Below are positions 24,193-37,892 of a stretch of DNA of 64,000 bases, piece by piece; positions within the stretch are counted from its first letter, which is position 1, and each line of letters begins with the position of its first letter. A program made the translations under genes and the position numbers. The notes below the pieces were generated by a model that was not told where the DNA came from, did no database searches, and worked only from the letters and a program-made list of their open reading frames with translations. Source of the stretch: Octopus bimaculoides (Eukaryota); NCBI RefSeq assembly GCF_001194135.2, contig NC_068987.1, positions 105,302,157-105,366,156 of the forward strand, read 5' to 3'.

Positions 24193-25375
24193 GTTTAAAC
24201 CTTTTGTATTCTGTGAGAACTGTAGAAAAACTGCTGATTTTAAATATAAATTAAGCTGTCAGTAAAACTCAAGGGAGACAACTCATCGTGTGCATGGGAA
24301 ATAACTCTTCCAAATAAAATTCATGTTGTCTTTTCCTGTCTTCGGAATCGTGAAATTCCTATTACACAATAACCAAAACCGACTTCACATATTTTACTGG
24401 TGTTACAACACACGCTCACACGCACGGATGCAGACACATACGCACACACAAGCTCACACGCACGGATGCACACACAAGCTCACACGCTCGGATGCACACA
24501 CATACGCACGCACGCACGCATACATGTATATATCATCAAAAACTGGAGAAAAGAACATCAATGGAGATAAGTACTTACATCTAGGCTATAGGTTGTTCGT
24601 TGGTACTTCGAAGTTACTTATATCCACTCTTGCAAAAGTATAATGTGTGTGTATATATATACATGTACATATAAAATAAATAATATCTATCTATCTATCT
24701 AATAGTTTTGTATACATACATACGTACATACATGCACACACATACACACACACACACATACATACATACATATTCACACACACAAGCATAACGAGTTGCT
24801 TACATGCATTTGTTGATGCTTCGAAAAATACTATAAGAGTATATATATATATATANNNNNNNNNNNNNNNNNNNNNNNNNNNNNNNNNNNNNNNNNNNNN
24901 NNNNNNNNNNNNNNNNNNNNNNNNNNNNNNNNNNNNNNNNNNNNNNNNNNNNNNNNNNNNNNNNNNNNNNNNNNNNNNNNNNNNNNNNNNNNNNNNNNNN
25001 NNNNNNNNNNNNNNNNNNNNNNNNNNNNNNNNNNNNNNNNNNNNNNNNNNNNNNNNNNNNNNNNNNNNNNNNNNNNNNNNNNNNNNNNNNNNNNNNNNNN
25101 NNNNNNNNNNNNNNNNNNNNNNNNNNNNNNNNNNNNNNNNNNNNNNNNNNNNNNNNNNNNNNNNNNNNNNNNNNNNNNNNNNNNNNNNNNNNNNNNNNNN
25201 NNNNNNNNNNNNNNNNNNNNNNNNNNNNNNNNNNNNNNNNNNNNNNNNNNNNNNNNNNNNNNNNNNNNNNNNNNNNNNNNNNNNNNNNNNNNNNNNNNNN
25301 NNNNNNNNNNNNNNNNNNNNNNNNNNNNNNNNNNNNNNNNNNNNNNNNNNNNNNNNNNNNNNNNNNNNNNNNNNN

Positions 25376-26662
25376 CTGAAGTAGTCCTGAGGTGCACCAA
25401 CAAATGGCAGCACACGGTTGCGTGCGCAGTGAGAGCTAGCAGTGACTTTCATTAGGCAGTGTGCCGAGTGACATCGCTGTATTTACTTCACAAATTGTGA
25501 AATTTGTGTCTTTATGATCAGGTGTATGCTGTAGTCTGCGTTTTGTCATGGACAGGAAGTTGGAACAAAGAACAAACGTTAAATTTTGCGTTAAACTTGG
25601 AAAGTCTGCGACAGAGACAATGAGCTTGCTTCGGCAAGCTTACGGCGACGAGGCAATGGGTCGTATGCAATGTTTCGAGTTGCACAGGCGCTTCAAAAGA
25701 AGAAGAAGGTCCCTGGAAGACGATGAGCGATCTGGAAGACCTGCCACGAGCGTCATCCCCGGAAATGTGGAGAAAATCATCAGCTTGTGCATGAGGATCG
25801 TCGGAGGACAATCAACGATATTGCTGATGTTGTTGGTCTGTCGTATGGGTCCGTGCAGGCAACCCTAACGTCTGAATTGAACATGCGGCGTATCTTTGCC
25901 AAGTTTGTCCTCTGCTTGCAGGACACTGAGCGCAAAGACCATCGAGTCGAAGTCTGTCAAGATCTCCGTCAGAGTGCCGCTGATGACCCAACCTTCATGT
26001 CGAGGATTATCAACGGTGACGAGAGTTGGGTCTGCGAGAACGACCTTGAGACGAAACAGCAGTCGTCCCAATAGAAGAAACCTTCAAAGAAGGTACGACA
26101 GAGCCGCAACTTAATCAAGAGCATGCTCATTGTTTTTTGACATCTGCAGTATTGTGCATCGAGAGTTCGCCCCACCAGGGCCAGACTGTCAATTGAGAGT
26201 TCTACTGTGACGTTTTGAAGTGTCTGAGGGAGGACATTCGGTGAAAGCGACCGGATCTGTGGAGCGCGAAGAATCGGATTCTTCACGACGACAACGCCCC
26301 CTGTCACCGAAATCTCCTCACTCGTGAGTTTCTCACCAAGATCAACATGGTGTCGCTTCCGTATCCGCCCTATTCGTCAGATTTAGCACCGGCAGACTTC
26401 CATCTTTCCCCCAAGATAAAAAGGCAGCTCAAAAGTCGCCGTTTTAACACAGTTGTCGGGATCCAGAGCAAATAAAAAAAGGTCCTCGACTCGCTTACAG
26501 AAAACGACTCCTAGGCCGGATTCCAAAAGTGGCAATACACCGGGAGCGGTGTATTGCTATGCCCACGGGGACTATTTCGAAGGAGATGATGTGAGAACTT
26601 AGGTAAATACGTAATTTTCTTATTAAACATAACTGGTCCGGGAACCTTTTGATACCACGTCG
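25376..26662 (+). mobile_element. Mariner transposon, near full length, pseudogenised (left end in gap)
   Basis: MDRKLEQRTNVKFCVKLGKSATET, IINGDESW, LHDDNAPCH-(34)-YSSDLAPADF = DD34D; right TIR ...gggaaccttttgataccacgtcg|TA; frameshifts and stops. Confidence 0.93.
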
Positions 26663-26844
26663 TACATATAGACATACGTATACTTATGCATACATGCATG
26701 CATACATACATACATACATACATATGTACATACATACATACATACATATGTATATACATACATACATACATACATATGTACATACATACATTATGCAGAA
26801 AGAAACTTAGTGGTGAGAATATTTATAGCTTACGTGCGTTAGTT

Positions 26845-27060
26845 TATGCGTGGCTATGTGGTTAAATAGCACGTCTTGCAACCATGTAGTTTCAGGTTCA
26901 GTCCCACTGCATGGCACTTTGGGGAAGTTTTTTCTCATATAGCTCCAGGTCGATCAATGTCTTGTGAATGAAAGAAGTAGACAGAAACTGTGCAGAGCAC
27001 GTCGTACACACGTACACATACATGCATGCATGCATATATATATATATGTGTGTGTGTATG

Positions 27061-27152
<92 letters not shown>

Positions 27153-27370
27153 TGTGTGTGTATTTGTGTGTATGTGTACGTGTTTGTATTTGTCTTTATC
27201 ATCACCTGACAACCGATGTTGGTTTGCTTATGTTCCTGTAACCTAGCGGTTCGGCAAAAGATACCAGTGGCATACGTAACTGACTTAAATACTGGGGTGA
27301 ATTTATTCAACCAAATCCTTTAAAATGGAGCTCCATTATGGCCGCAGTTCAATGACTGGAACAAGAAAAA
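26845..27370 (+). mobile_element. SINE family B, diverged, with expanded (TA)n linker
   Basis: Head gtggctatgtggtt...cagtcccactgc; tail gcagttcaatgactggaacaag. Confidence 0.7.
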
Positions 27371-28073
27371 AGTTAAAAATAAAAGATAAAGTATCTGAAT
27401 GGAAGTTTGGTTCAGTTGTTTGATTGGATATTTCAAAGTGTTTGGAAATATTTAGAAAACTCAGTGGGGTGTAAGCAGTGTAGGCCATGTTTCTTGTCTA
27501 GCATGCATTGCAGGTGGACGTCCTTTTGGAAATACTCTTGGAAGAATTTGGGAATATGGTGCAAATCTCAAATTAATTCGTTCTTTTTACTGAAGAGTAA
27601 ATTAATTAAATTTCAAAAAATTAAAATTTTATTTAAGAGTCAAAAAATTGAGATGCAAAGTCTCTGTGAAGCTGAGGTCGTAGAATTTTGACTTGTTCAT
27701 GTGATGTTGGCGGTTTCTCTTTTGTTGTTATATTTCCAAATGTACTTTGAAAGTTGTGCTTTTCAATTGACGATGATGTATCGATATGTCGTGCTGTCGA
27801 GGGCAATTCTTGCTGAAGTATTCTATTGCCTAGTGATCTGTTATCAGACCTTATTAGATATTATTTCAGTATTCGATACTTTCTCTTGACATTTGACCAT
27901 GTCGTACATTTCGGCAAAAGCATGTTGGATCCTTTCATCATACATTTGTTTGCAATATCTTTTACATTGTGCAATTCGATTAAACTTCAACATACAAAAC
28001 AATACATATACAAGTCTAGCAATGCGAAAAGTCAATTTGTAGACATAAGCATTCAGATAGAAAACAACAGCTA

Positions 28074-28310
28074 CAATAATCTCTTGACTATCGCGGATGT
28101 TACGTTCCAAAAAAACCCGTGATAGGTGAAAATCCGCGAAATAGAAACAGTACTGTACTGTATATTGTTTAAAATTATTTTTATAATTTGTATATATTTA
28201 ATTTATTATAAATGCAAAACAACACCACGGAGGAATCGACGTGAGCTTAAATAATAAACCGCGATAGGTGAACCGCGATAGATGGACCGCGATATGGCGA
28301 GGGATTACTG
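28074..28310. mobile_element. pogo/Tigger-like MITE (237 bp)
   Basis: TA on both sides; TIRs caataatctcttgactatcgcgg / ccgcgatatggcgagggattactg; repeated ccgcgata-type subterminal motif. Confidence 0.75.
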
Positions 28311-29275
28311 TATATCACAACTGTTTAGATGAAAGAGGTAAATAAATGCACTTACATGGATTCAGTGTATGTCTACACAGATACACAAAGTCAGTGATAA
28401 AAGTTTACACATAGAAGAAAGTTTAGATTCGCCATTACAAAAGAAGTGCTAGTTAAAAGAAATAAACTAAATAAAACGAGCAGTTATCAACCATGGAGAT
28501 TGTAACAAATAAACTAAGCTAGAGAACACTACAGACACAAATAAAAAGCAATAAATTCATCAGACACTGCATCTATCAAAGATATACAGGACATACATAA
28601 GGCATATTATAGGAATCAAATGCATAGGAAGTATATGAACACAGTATCAAATATCTCTCATACAACAACACACACTCTATTGCCTCAAACAGTAAACTAA
28701 CACTAACAATACACAACAGAACCATTAGAATAAAAAACATCTGTAAACCCTCAAATACGCTGCTAATGACCAATATGATTTACAAATTTGGCAACAAATG
28801 TGGAAATTGTAAACTTCATGACTCCAACTGCTATATTGTCCATGCAAGTATGATACTTTTTGCCGGTCTACGACGAATTTACAATGTTCAATAAAAAAAT
28901 AGAAAAATGAAAAATAAAAAATACCAGTTACATCTTCCTCGTTTCAAGGAATGAGAAAGGAATATAAATTAATCCGTCGATAGTTCTTACAAATAAGGTC
29001 CAATCGCAATGTACTACACCAAATAACACAAAGCAAAACAAAGCAAGAAAATACTGATTAACAGCACATCTATTTTATTCAATAATCCACGAGAAATACA
29101 GACGATTACTGATACAATCAGTCCCCCCCCCACCACCTAGTGCAACACAACGCTAAAGTAAACACTCAGATAGCATAGACTAACCATAAACACTTCCTGA
29201 CTATTGACGTAGAAAGCTAACGTCCATTAAATCAAATTCCTATGGTAGCCCAACCTGCTGTACGAAGTAATAATA

Positions 29276-30873
29276 TTAGGTTGGTAAAGAAGTTCTGTCA
29301 CATTTTTGACATGACTCCTTCGAGAGTAATTTTTCATTTCTTACGACGAAATTAAGATCAAGTTTTTCATTTCAATGTCTTTTCTTTCTTTGCAGATTAC
29401 TTTAAAACATAATCGTTAAATTCGTATCGATTTTACTCTTTCAAAACGAATTTAGATAAAATTCATAATAGACACTGCACTGCATACAAAAAGATCTCTT
29501 CAACAGTGGAAGCGGCAAAAAATGTTCGCTCTGTATATGGAAATTAAGCTTTAAGTGTCCGGACGTGCCAACAATGGTTTGGCCGGTTTCGCACGTGAAA
29601 TTTTTCTCTCGCAGATTCTCCTCGATTTGGACGATCAAGTTCTGTCAATATTGCACTTCTAATAACTGTAGTTGAAGAAAATCCAACGGACAAGTCTTCG
29701 ATTAAGCTGAGAAGCAGTCAGATGATGAAGGATCAACCGACTAAGTTTTGACACTTTTGCTAGTTCATAAAGGTGTTTTACGATCAAAGCTTGACTTCAA
29801 TTGAACTGTTTTGGTAATTCTTGTGCAATTTGCTTTGGATTTGATGTCCATCAAAAAGTAGAGTTGTTACCGAACCTTTCCTGGTGAAAAGTAATGAAAA
29901 GTGGGTTCTCCATAATCATATCCATCAAAAGTGATAATTGTTGGCACTCAATGAAAAGTAGAATTCCTCCCCGAACCAGGACTATACTCGAAAAAAGTTG
30001 TGCTCCGTATTTGGTAGAATATGAAGGCTTTTGTCCATTCTGAAGAGTTAAACCAAAACGAAAGAGTTAATGCGGAGACGTATTGTCGTTATTTGGGATA
30101 CTTTGCACAAGAATTTATAGAAAAAACACCCATCATTGGTAAAGTCGTAAAAGGTGCTGCTTTTACATGATAATACAGGACCACATGTGAAGGCGTATGG
30201 CTCAGTGGTTAGAGCGTCGAGCTTACGATCGTGAGGTTGTGAGTTCGAATCCCGGACCGGGCTGCATATTGTGTTCTTGAGCAAGACACTTTATTTCACG
30301 TTGCTCCAGTTCACTCAGCTGTAGAAATGAGTTGCGACGTCACAGGTGCCAAGCTGTATCGGCTTTTGCCTTTCCCTTGGACAACACTGGTAGCGTGGAG
30401 AAGGGAGGCTGGTATGCACGGGCGACTGCTGGTCTTCCATAAACAACCTTGCTCGGACTTGTGCCTGGGAGGGTAACTTTCGAAGTGCAAACCCATGGTC
30501 AGTCATGACCGAAGGGGGTCTCAGCAACAGGACCACATGTTGTCCAAGTCACTTAGGCATAGATTATGGTACTAAATATGGAAGTTTTACTTCGTCCTCT
30601 TTATTATCTTGACGTTACTCCATCCGACTATCATCTTTTCAGATCATTGCAATATCATTTGGAGGGAAAACAGCTTAATTGTGAAGAGGTTAAAAATGAT
30701 ATTGAGTGTTTCTTTGCTTTGAAACCTGAAGAATTTCATGTCCAATGTTATTATCAACTTTCCAAATAGATGGGGTTATGTTAGAAATAATAGATTAAAT
30801 GTATCTATTGAGACCAACGAAGCTTTGTTTGTTTCCCGTTTTGAAATGTGACAGGACTTTCTTCCCAGCCAAG
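29276..30873 (+). mobile_element. Second mariner (different subfamily), degenerate, interrupted by a SINE
   Basis: TA|ttaggttggtaaagaagttctgtcacattt left TIR, 22/27 match to the right TIR; SVYGN*ALSVRTCQQWFGRF, HDNTGPH, DVTPSDYHLFRSL. Confidence 0.85.
30189..30526 (+). mobile_element. tRNA-derived CORE-like SINE, family E
   Basis: A box TGGCTCAGTGG, B box GAGTTCGAATCC, CORE-like gtgttcttgagcaagacactt; perfect 14-bp TSD ACAGGACCACATGT. Confidence 0.92.
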
Positions 30874-32476
30874 TGGAAACCGTATAACAAATTTTCATAC
30901 ACCGAATGGTATTTCAGCTCAATGTCCGGTTTAAGGGAAAAGAAAAAATCCATTGCGTAACGCGACGTTTATGTAAGGGAGAAAATTCGTCAATCGTTAC
31001 GTCATTAAAGGAAACTCAAATCGCAATCTTCGCAGTTTTCTAAGTAAAAGTTATGAAAATAGTAAAATTAGCAAAAGTTAACAGTAATTGCATTAAACCA
31101 CTCTGAAATTAGATTTTATGTTTACACAATTGAATATAATTATTAAGTTACAGATTATGTCTTTCAAATGGTTTGATAGTTCTCTAAGAAAGGCAAGTTT
31201 GAGGGTCACTGAAATAATTTCATTACCACTATTAATTAAAGAGATTCCCTCCTGAGAAATAATATTGGCGTGGAACGAAGAATGTGATAAATTGTAAGTG
31301 ATGTTGAGATTTAGTACTAAGTTAGCAATTGGTTAGTCTGATTCTGTAAGCTTAATTATTTTATGCGGAGATGTTCAGCATCGTGCCAAATTACGAAATG
31401 AGACAATGTCTAACACTTCTTTTCGAACAAAAACAAATCTATCATTACGTTCATTGCATTCAGGTAGCCCAGCTTCTTCGACTGATGCCTTGCTTTTCAT
31501 TGTTTTCTTATGCGGACAGGAATGGAGTAATTAGCCAAGAAGTTAGAGAGACCGTAAGTGAAGAGCAGTATCCGGATACAAACAAAAACTCATTATGAAG
31601 AATAGATGTTGAGAGCAGATAACTACTTGAATGAAGTACTTCAAAAAGAACATATTGTCAACTAAATTCTAGAAGTTTCTGTGACTTTTAAAGAAAGCAA
31701 GACTAATTCCTATACTACTTGATTGGTTCTCTCTTGTCTGATTATAAGAGAAGCTATGTGTCAGGTTAATGCTTCGTCTTCCTGTGAGTCAATTGTACAT
31801 CCTTACGATTTCAACAGCAAAAAGTTTAAGGGGCTTGCAGTAGTTATAAACAGCAGTGGAGAGAGAATGTCTTCTTGAAATACACCCTTGTGATGTTTCA
31901 TTATATCAGAGAAAATTCAATAATTTCCTATATTTCATAGCAAGATGGCAGCACAACTCGAAGCCATGATCTTTCATTATGATTTATGGAACTCTAGCAA
32001 GTCAAAGCGATGCTAGTATCCGCGCATAGGGAACAGAATCCTAGGCGTTGCAAATATCCTTTCTCTATATTGTTAGTTACTGTCAAAAAGAGTTCTGTGC
32101 ATATCATATCAATGCTAATTAAATATGGTCTGTTATGCGACCGCAAGTTTAGTAAAGAATCAATTTCCTTTTGAAATATTCCACTAAGAATATTTTTCGA
32201 GGATTCATATCCTTCACTCTTCTAACCTATACGCTTGTTAACATGCCTGCTGTTATGGTCATAACAGCTAGACGTGGACGGCTAGCTTTTTGGCCAGCAA
32301 GTATGGTTTTCCTCAGGTTGAAGCTGGTCTGCCATCGTACATGGTGTTAATTGTTATAAGTATGTATTTAATATATTCGAGTATATAATTCGTTAACTGG
32401 AGCCCACGTTCTTAACCACTATGCCAGTAGCCTGCGTTCTTAACTCCAAGATTCCGAGTTCGATTCCATACAGTGA

Positions 32477-32480
<4 letters not shown>

Positions 32481-32554
<74 letters not shown>
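32481..32554. repeat. (AAT)n microsatellite
   Basis: Pure AAT run abutting a LINE fragment. Confidence 0.95.
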
Positions 32555-32967
32555 GATCATGAAGAAAAAAATGCTTTCTAATTGATGTATCAATACCAGC
32601 AGATGACAACGTTTCCCTAAAAGAAATGGAAACACTTTCAAGATACAAAAACCTGGAAATAGAGGTAACTCGAATGTGGGATCTAAAAACAGAAACAATT
32701 CCTATCATAGTAGGTGCCTTAGGTATAATAAAAAAATATTCAGACAAATACATAACAAAAACACCAGGACTTACAAATATATATAACATACAGAAAATTG
32801 CACTACTGGGCACTGCACACATCCTACGCAAAACACTTTCAATACAGTAACCATAAGAGCACCACAGCAAACCACAGCACATACCCAAGGCACACAGAGC
32901 TGCGCTTGGTAGTGAAGTGAAAGCACGTTATAAAAATAAAGCTACTGAACAATAATAATAATAATAA
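32555..32967 (+). mobile_element. 5'-truncated RLE-type (Dong/R4-like) LINE 3' end
   Basis: CFLIDVSIPADDNVSLKEME...IPIIVGALG...QKIALLGTAHILRKTL*, then 3' UTR and (AAT)n tail. Confidence 0.85.
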
Positions 32968-33169
32968 CAACAACGACAACAATATCGAAAAATACCTTAG
33001 GAATAAGAACCCAGGTTCGAAATTTCCCCAAGACACCTGATGAATGCTGGAGGGTATATCAGCCGAAACGAAAGCTTATAATTATGGCGTTATTGTTGGA
33101 TATCACAGTCATTAAAAATGAATAATATCCAACTTCAAGCAAGCGTGTATGTTTCTTCTATTTTTTAAT

Positions 33170-34300
33170 TATTATAAATCCTCAACTGAAGAGGGAGCCG
33201 GTTTCCAACAAAGATGCAAAGCCCCATTTTTGGGATGTAGTTAACACAGGCAAATTCACATTTGGAACTTGAGAAAAGTCTTGTATATTTTTACTGTTCC
33301 ACTCACAGATTGTACTTGTATTGTATGAATTAGCCGGTCGATTTCTCTTTCTGATATCCAGATTCTCCTTTAAGCATTTATTAACAAACCTAGTGCTCCA
33401 ATTATTATTGGTATGAATATGAATTCATAGTCTGGATATCGAAGCTGGGCGTTTCGAAACAGTTGTCCATAGATATCCTCTTTTTCTTTCATTTTCAAAG
33501 AGATATTTATATCTGCAGGGCAGCCAACCTCTATGATGGTACATACCTTTGCCCTTCTGTTCCAAGCAACAATATCTGGCCTGTTATGTTTACGTTTGAC
33601 AGAGGTTTTGATGGGAATATTCCACCAGTATTCTTTGGGTTGGTGTTTATGAATGTATTCCATAACAGAGGGATTTTCTAAGTTTATTTCAGGACAGTCT
33701 GTTTTTGCGAATGGTATTGTAAATTGTTTTAGCAACAATATGATGCCGCAAAGAGAGGTAGTACCGTGACGACATTTTAGGACAGCTGCTAATCACATGC
33801 GTAATGTCTTCCACAGAAACATGACACAGCCTACACATGCGGTTGCACCTTGGGATTACAAGAGCACCACTGTCTCTCTTGTTCATCAGGTACTTTGTGG
33901 TAATCTCCTGTTCCTGGATTGCAAACGCATGGCCTTCAAAGTGTGATGTGATGTAGTGGTCTTGTTGTTCAAAAGAGGCTGCGCTTCGTGTCAATTGTAC
34001 TGTCTTCTTCAAGCTTCCGGACAACATACCCATGCATGGTCTTTGTTTTCTTTTTGTATGCTGGGTGCTTTCCATCCAGGTCTTCTCTGAGGTAAGAGAG
34101 CCCAGCTGTTTTGGGGCTGTATAGGAGATCATCAGGAAGAGAGTATTTCATGAGGTGTTCACTGCCACCTCGTACAATGTTGCTCACTTCACGTTTCAGG
34201 ACTGCATTTATATATTTATTTTTGCTGCTGTTGCTTATCAAGTGCTGCCTGAGTGATACCATACGACATTCGAAAACCGTCTGCACTGATCTCATGTATG
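33170..34300 (-). mobile_element. RLE-type LINE fragment with CCHC knuckle and restriction-like endonuclease
   Basis: CRLCHVSVEDITHVISSC, KHNRPDIVAW...IIEVGCP, IPIIIGALG, C-terminus SGTVKIYKTFLKFQM* (stop 33256-33258); several frameshifts. Confidence 0.88.
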
Positions 34301-34319
34301 TATGTATGTATGTATGTAT

Positions 34320-34648
34320 GTTATCAATCAGTTTCATTTCTGTATTTCTTGTCCATAGAGAAAGAGCCGGACTCTAACATAGATTCAAGGCTCCTTCATT
34401 GGAACTTTTATCAACATCATCTAGGTATTTGTGCATATGTGTGTGTGTGTGTGTGCAGTATTTGGTGTTAGTGTATGCGCAGATTTGTATGTTTGTTTTA
34501 TGGATGCGTTTTTATGTCTAGATGCATGCATATGTATTTATGTGCTAAATTTTTGGAAAGTTTTACATATCTTTACAGTTCCATTGATGACTTGAATCTG
34601 TAGTCTTCTAATCAGCCTTTTTCTTTCAGGTTTTGAGAACCCTAATTT
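34320..34648 (-). mobile_element. 3' end of a related RLE LINE (rest in gap)
   Basis: KLGFSKPERKRLIRRLQIQVINGTVKICKTFQKFST*, then 3' UTR and (CATA)n tail. Confidence 0.8.
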
Positions 34649-35310
34649 NNNNNNNNNNNNNNNNNNNNNNNNNNNNNNNNNNNNNNNNNNNNNNNNNNNN
34701 NNNNNNNNNNNNNNNNNNNNNNNNNNNNNNNNNNNNNNNNNNNNNNNNNNNNNNNNNNNNNNNNNNNNNNNNNNNNNNNNNNNNNNNNNNNNNNNNNNNN
34801 NNNNNNNNNNNNNNNNNNNNNNNNNNNNNNNNNNNNNNNNNNNNNNNNNNNNNNNNNNNNNNNNNNNNNNNNNNNNNNNNNNNNNNNNNNNNNNNNNNNN
34901 NNNNNNNNNNNNNNNNNNNNNNNNNNNNNNNNNNNNNNNNNNNNNNNNNNNNNNNNNNNNNNNNNNNNNNNNNNNNNNNNNNNNNNNNNNNNNNNNNNNN
35001 NNNNNNNNNNNNNNNNNNNNNNNNNNNNNNNNNNNNNNNNNNNNNNNNNNNNNNNNNNNNNNNNNNNNNNNNNNNNNNNNNNNNNNNNNNNNNNNNNNNN
35101 NNNNNNNNNNNNNNNNNNNNNNNNNNNNNNNNNNNNNNNNNNNNNNNNNNNNNNNNNNNNNNNNNNNNNNNNNNNNNNNNNNNNNNNNNNNNNNNNNNNN
35201 NNNNNNNNNNNNNNNNNNNNNNNNNNNNNNNNNNNNNNNNNNNNNNNNNNNNNNNNNNNNNNNNNNNNNNNNNNNNNNNNNNNNNNNNNNNNNNNNNNNN
35301 NNNNNNNNNN

Positions 35311-35538
35311 ATGTATGTATGTATGTATGTATGTATGTATGTATGTATGTATGTATGTGTGTATGTATGTGTGCGTGTGTATGTATGTATGTATGTATGT
35401 ATGTACTATGTGTGTATGTAAGTATGTACGTACGTCTGTTTGTCTGTATGTATGTATGTACATACATATATATGTATGTATGTACGTCTGTCTATCTATA
35501 TGTCTATCTGTTTGTCTGTCAGTATGTATGTATATATG

Positions 35539-35572
<34 letters not shown>

Positions 35573-35612
35573 TGTATGTATGTATGTATGCATGTATGTG
35601 TGTATGTATGCA
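35311..35612. repeat. (TATG)n-rich microsatellite
   Basis: Direct reading. Confidence 0.95.
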
Positions 35613-36891
35613 GGCATGTAATATGTGTTGTCATATTGCTCACGGGAGCTACTGGTGATATGTAGTCCGGTACAACTGTTCTATGATCGGATTGTTTGAG
35701 ACTAAATAGTCTCTCCTGGTTGGCAAGGAAGCTTGTTAACCCAGCAAGACAAAAAAGAAAAAAGAAAAAATAAGCATTACTTGGCAAAAGGGACGGATAA
35801 ACCCAGCGAGGAGTCAACAACTATTCAGTAATCGTGTGGGGATACAGAAATACTCGTAATGGCAAACAAGCGCTGGATGAACTCCTGGGAGCAATGGACC
35901 CTCTAGTTCTTGTTAGAACATTTGTTTAGGAGGAGGATATTCTGATTTAAAGTCTGATGGTTGTTCTAATTCTAGTCTTCCTTATTAGTGCTGGGCCGAA
36001 TGAAAGACAGCTGTTTTGTGTGAAAAGTGAGCGCTGTTCAGTACACGCTTCTTTTACTATAATCAATTTCACACAGAGAAACATTTTGGAAAATACGCTT
36101 CAGATAAACAAGATATTTTCGTGATAAGATCTGGAAGAGCATACAACGTTGACCAGCTGAATGTATTTAATTCAAACCTGCATATAGACGACATGATATA
36201 TTGGTAAGCCTTTTGATCAAGCAAGTGATGGAGAGATTCGGCTGCAAGGCGAGTGACTGACCAATCCTTTCCTGGAATAACACTGTCCACCTGTGATCCA
36301 AGTAGAACCTAACAAAGGCGGGCGGAGGCTAATCACAGATTGCTTAATTATTGAACTAGCCAGCAACCACGTCGCTGGCGATTGGTTTCTTTCTGTGGGT
36401 TTCCATAGCAACACTCAAGAAATTTACCTTTTTTCAATGAGTAGTCGTTCTCGGACACGAGTTGACTTCTTCTGTGTATGTATGTATGTATGTATGTATG
36501 TATGTATGTATGTATGTATGTATGTATGTATGTATGTATGTGTATGTGAGTGTGTGTGTGTGTGTTTGTGTGTGTGTGTGCGTAAGTATGAATGAATATA
36601 TGTATATGAACATGCTAGAGCATAGCAGATTCTCATAGCTTTTTTAAGTATACTTCTTAAACACTTTTGTACTTGGCTCAGACTTTATTCATAAAATCTT
36701 CGTTGAAGCTAATTTATTGCGATATCTGAACTCTTCTATGAATAGAAACTGTATGAATATATTACTTATTAAGATGTTATACACATTAAAATATGAATAT
36801 ACATTATTTATAGATATATACGTTCGTAACACACTGTACATTGGTAGTAATATACACATGCTTGTATGTATATGTGTGCATGAATATAAAT

Positions 36892-36940
<49 letters not shown>

Positions 36941-37172
36941 TGTACATATACACATATGTAGATATGAGTGTATATGTGTATGTTTGTTTGCGTATGTGTG
37001 TATAAACATATCCGCAAGTACTTCAATGTATATGTAAACACACTTTTACATCGCAGTGTTTGTGTGTGTGTATATATGTACACACACACACACACACACG
37101 TAGTATACAAACATACACACATATATAATGTATATGTATATCTATCTATCTCGCTCCTTCTCTCTCCCCTCC

Positions 37173-37220
<48 letters not shown>

Positions 37221-37832
37221 NNNNNNNNNNNNNNNNNNNNNNNNNNNNNNNNNNNNNNNNNNNNNNNNNNNNNNNNNNNNNNNNNNNNNNNNNNNNNNNN
37301 NNNNNNNNNNNNNNNNNNNNNNNNNNNNNNNNNNNNNNNNNNNNNNNNNNNNNNNNNNNNNNNNNNNNNNNNNNNNNNNNNNNNNNNNNNNNNNNNNNNN
37401 NNNNNNNNNNNNNNNNNNNNNNNNNNNNNNNNNNNNNNNNNNNNNNNNNNNNNNNNNNNNNNNNNNNNNNNNNNNNNNNNNNNNNNNNNNNNNNNNNNNN
37501 NNNNNNNNNNNNNNNNNNNNNNNNNNNNNNNNNNNNNNNNNNNNNNNNNNNNNNNNNNNNNNNNNNNNNNNNNNNNNNNNNNNNNNNNNNNNNNNNNNNN
37601 NNNNNNNNNNNNNNNNNNNNNNNNNNNNNNNNNATATACGTATATATATATATATATCTTCATCTCCATCAGCCGACACCTTTTTGACATTAAATATCTT
37701 GGAAATATATTAAAAATGCCTTGCCTCAAGAAAATAAAAGAAAAAGAGAAAGAGATATAAGCAAACATTCAATATTCACCTGAATTCCCTGTTCTAGTGA
37801 ATGTGTGAATGTGCCCACCTGTTTTGACTTCA

Positions 37833-37892
<60 letters not shown>

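Noticed and set aside
30040-30075. CTGAAGA-gtt...aac-GAAA
   Set aside because: It lies in mariner coding sequence (EELNQNER) and has no stem III or I; coincidence.
32393-32888. Poly-Leu/poly-Ile minus-strand ORFs
   Set aside because: They are antisense readings of (AAT)n plus the LINE fragment.
35650-36450. More GC-rich unique-looking block with short ORFs
   Set aside because: All frames are interrupted and I could not assign it to a gene or TE family; a translated search is needed.
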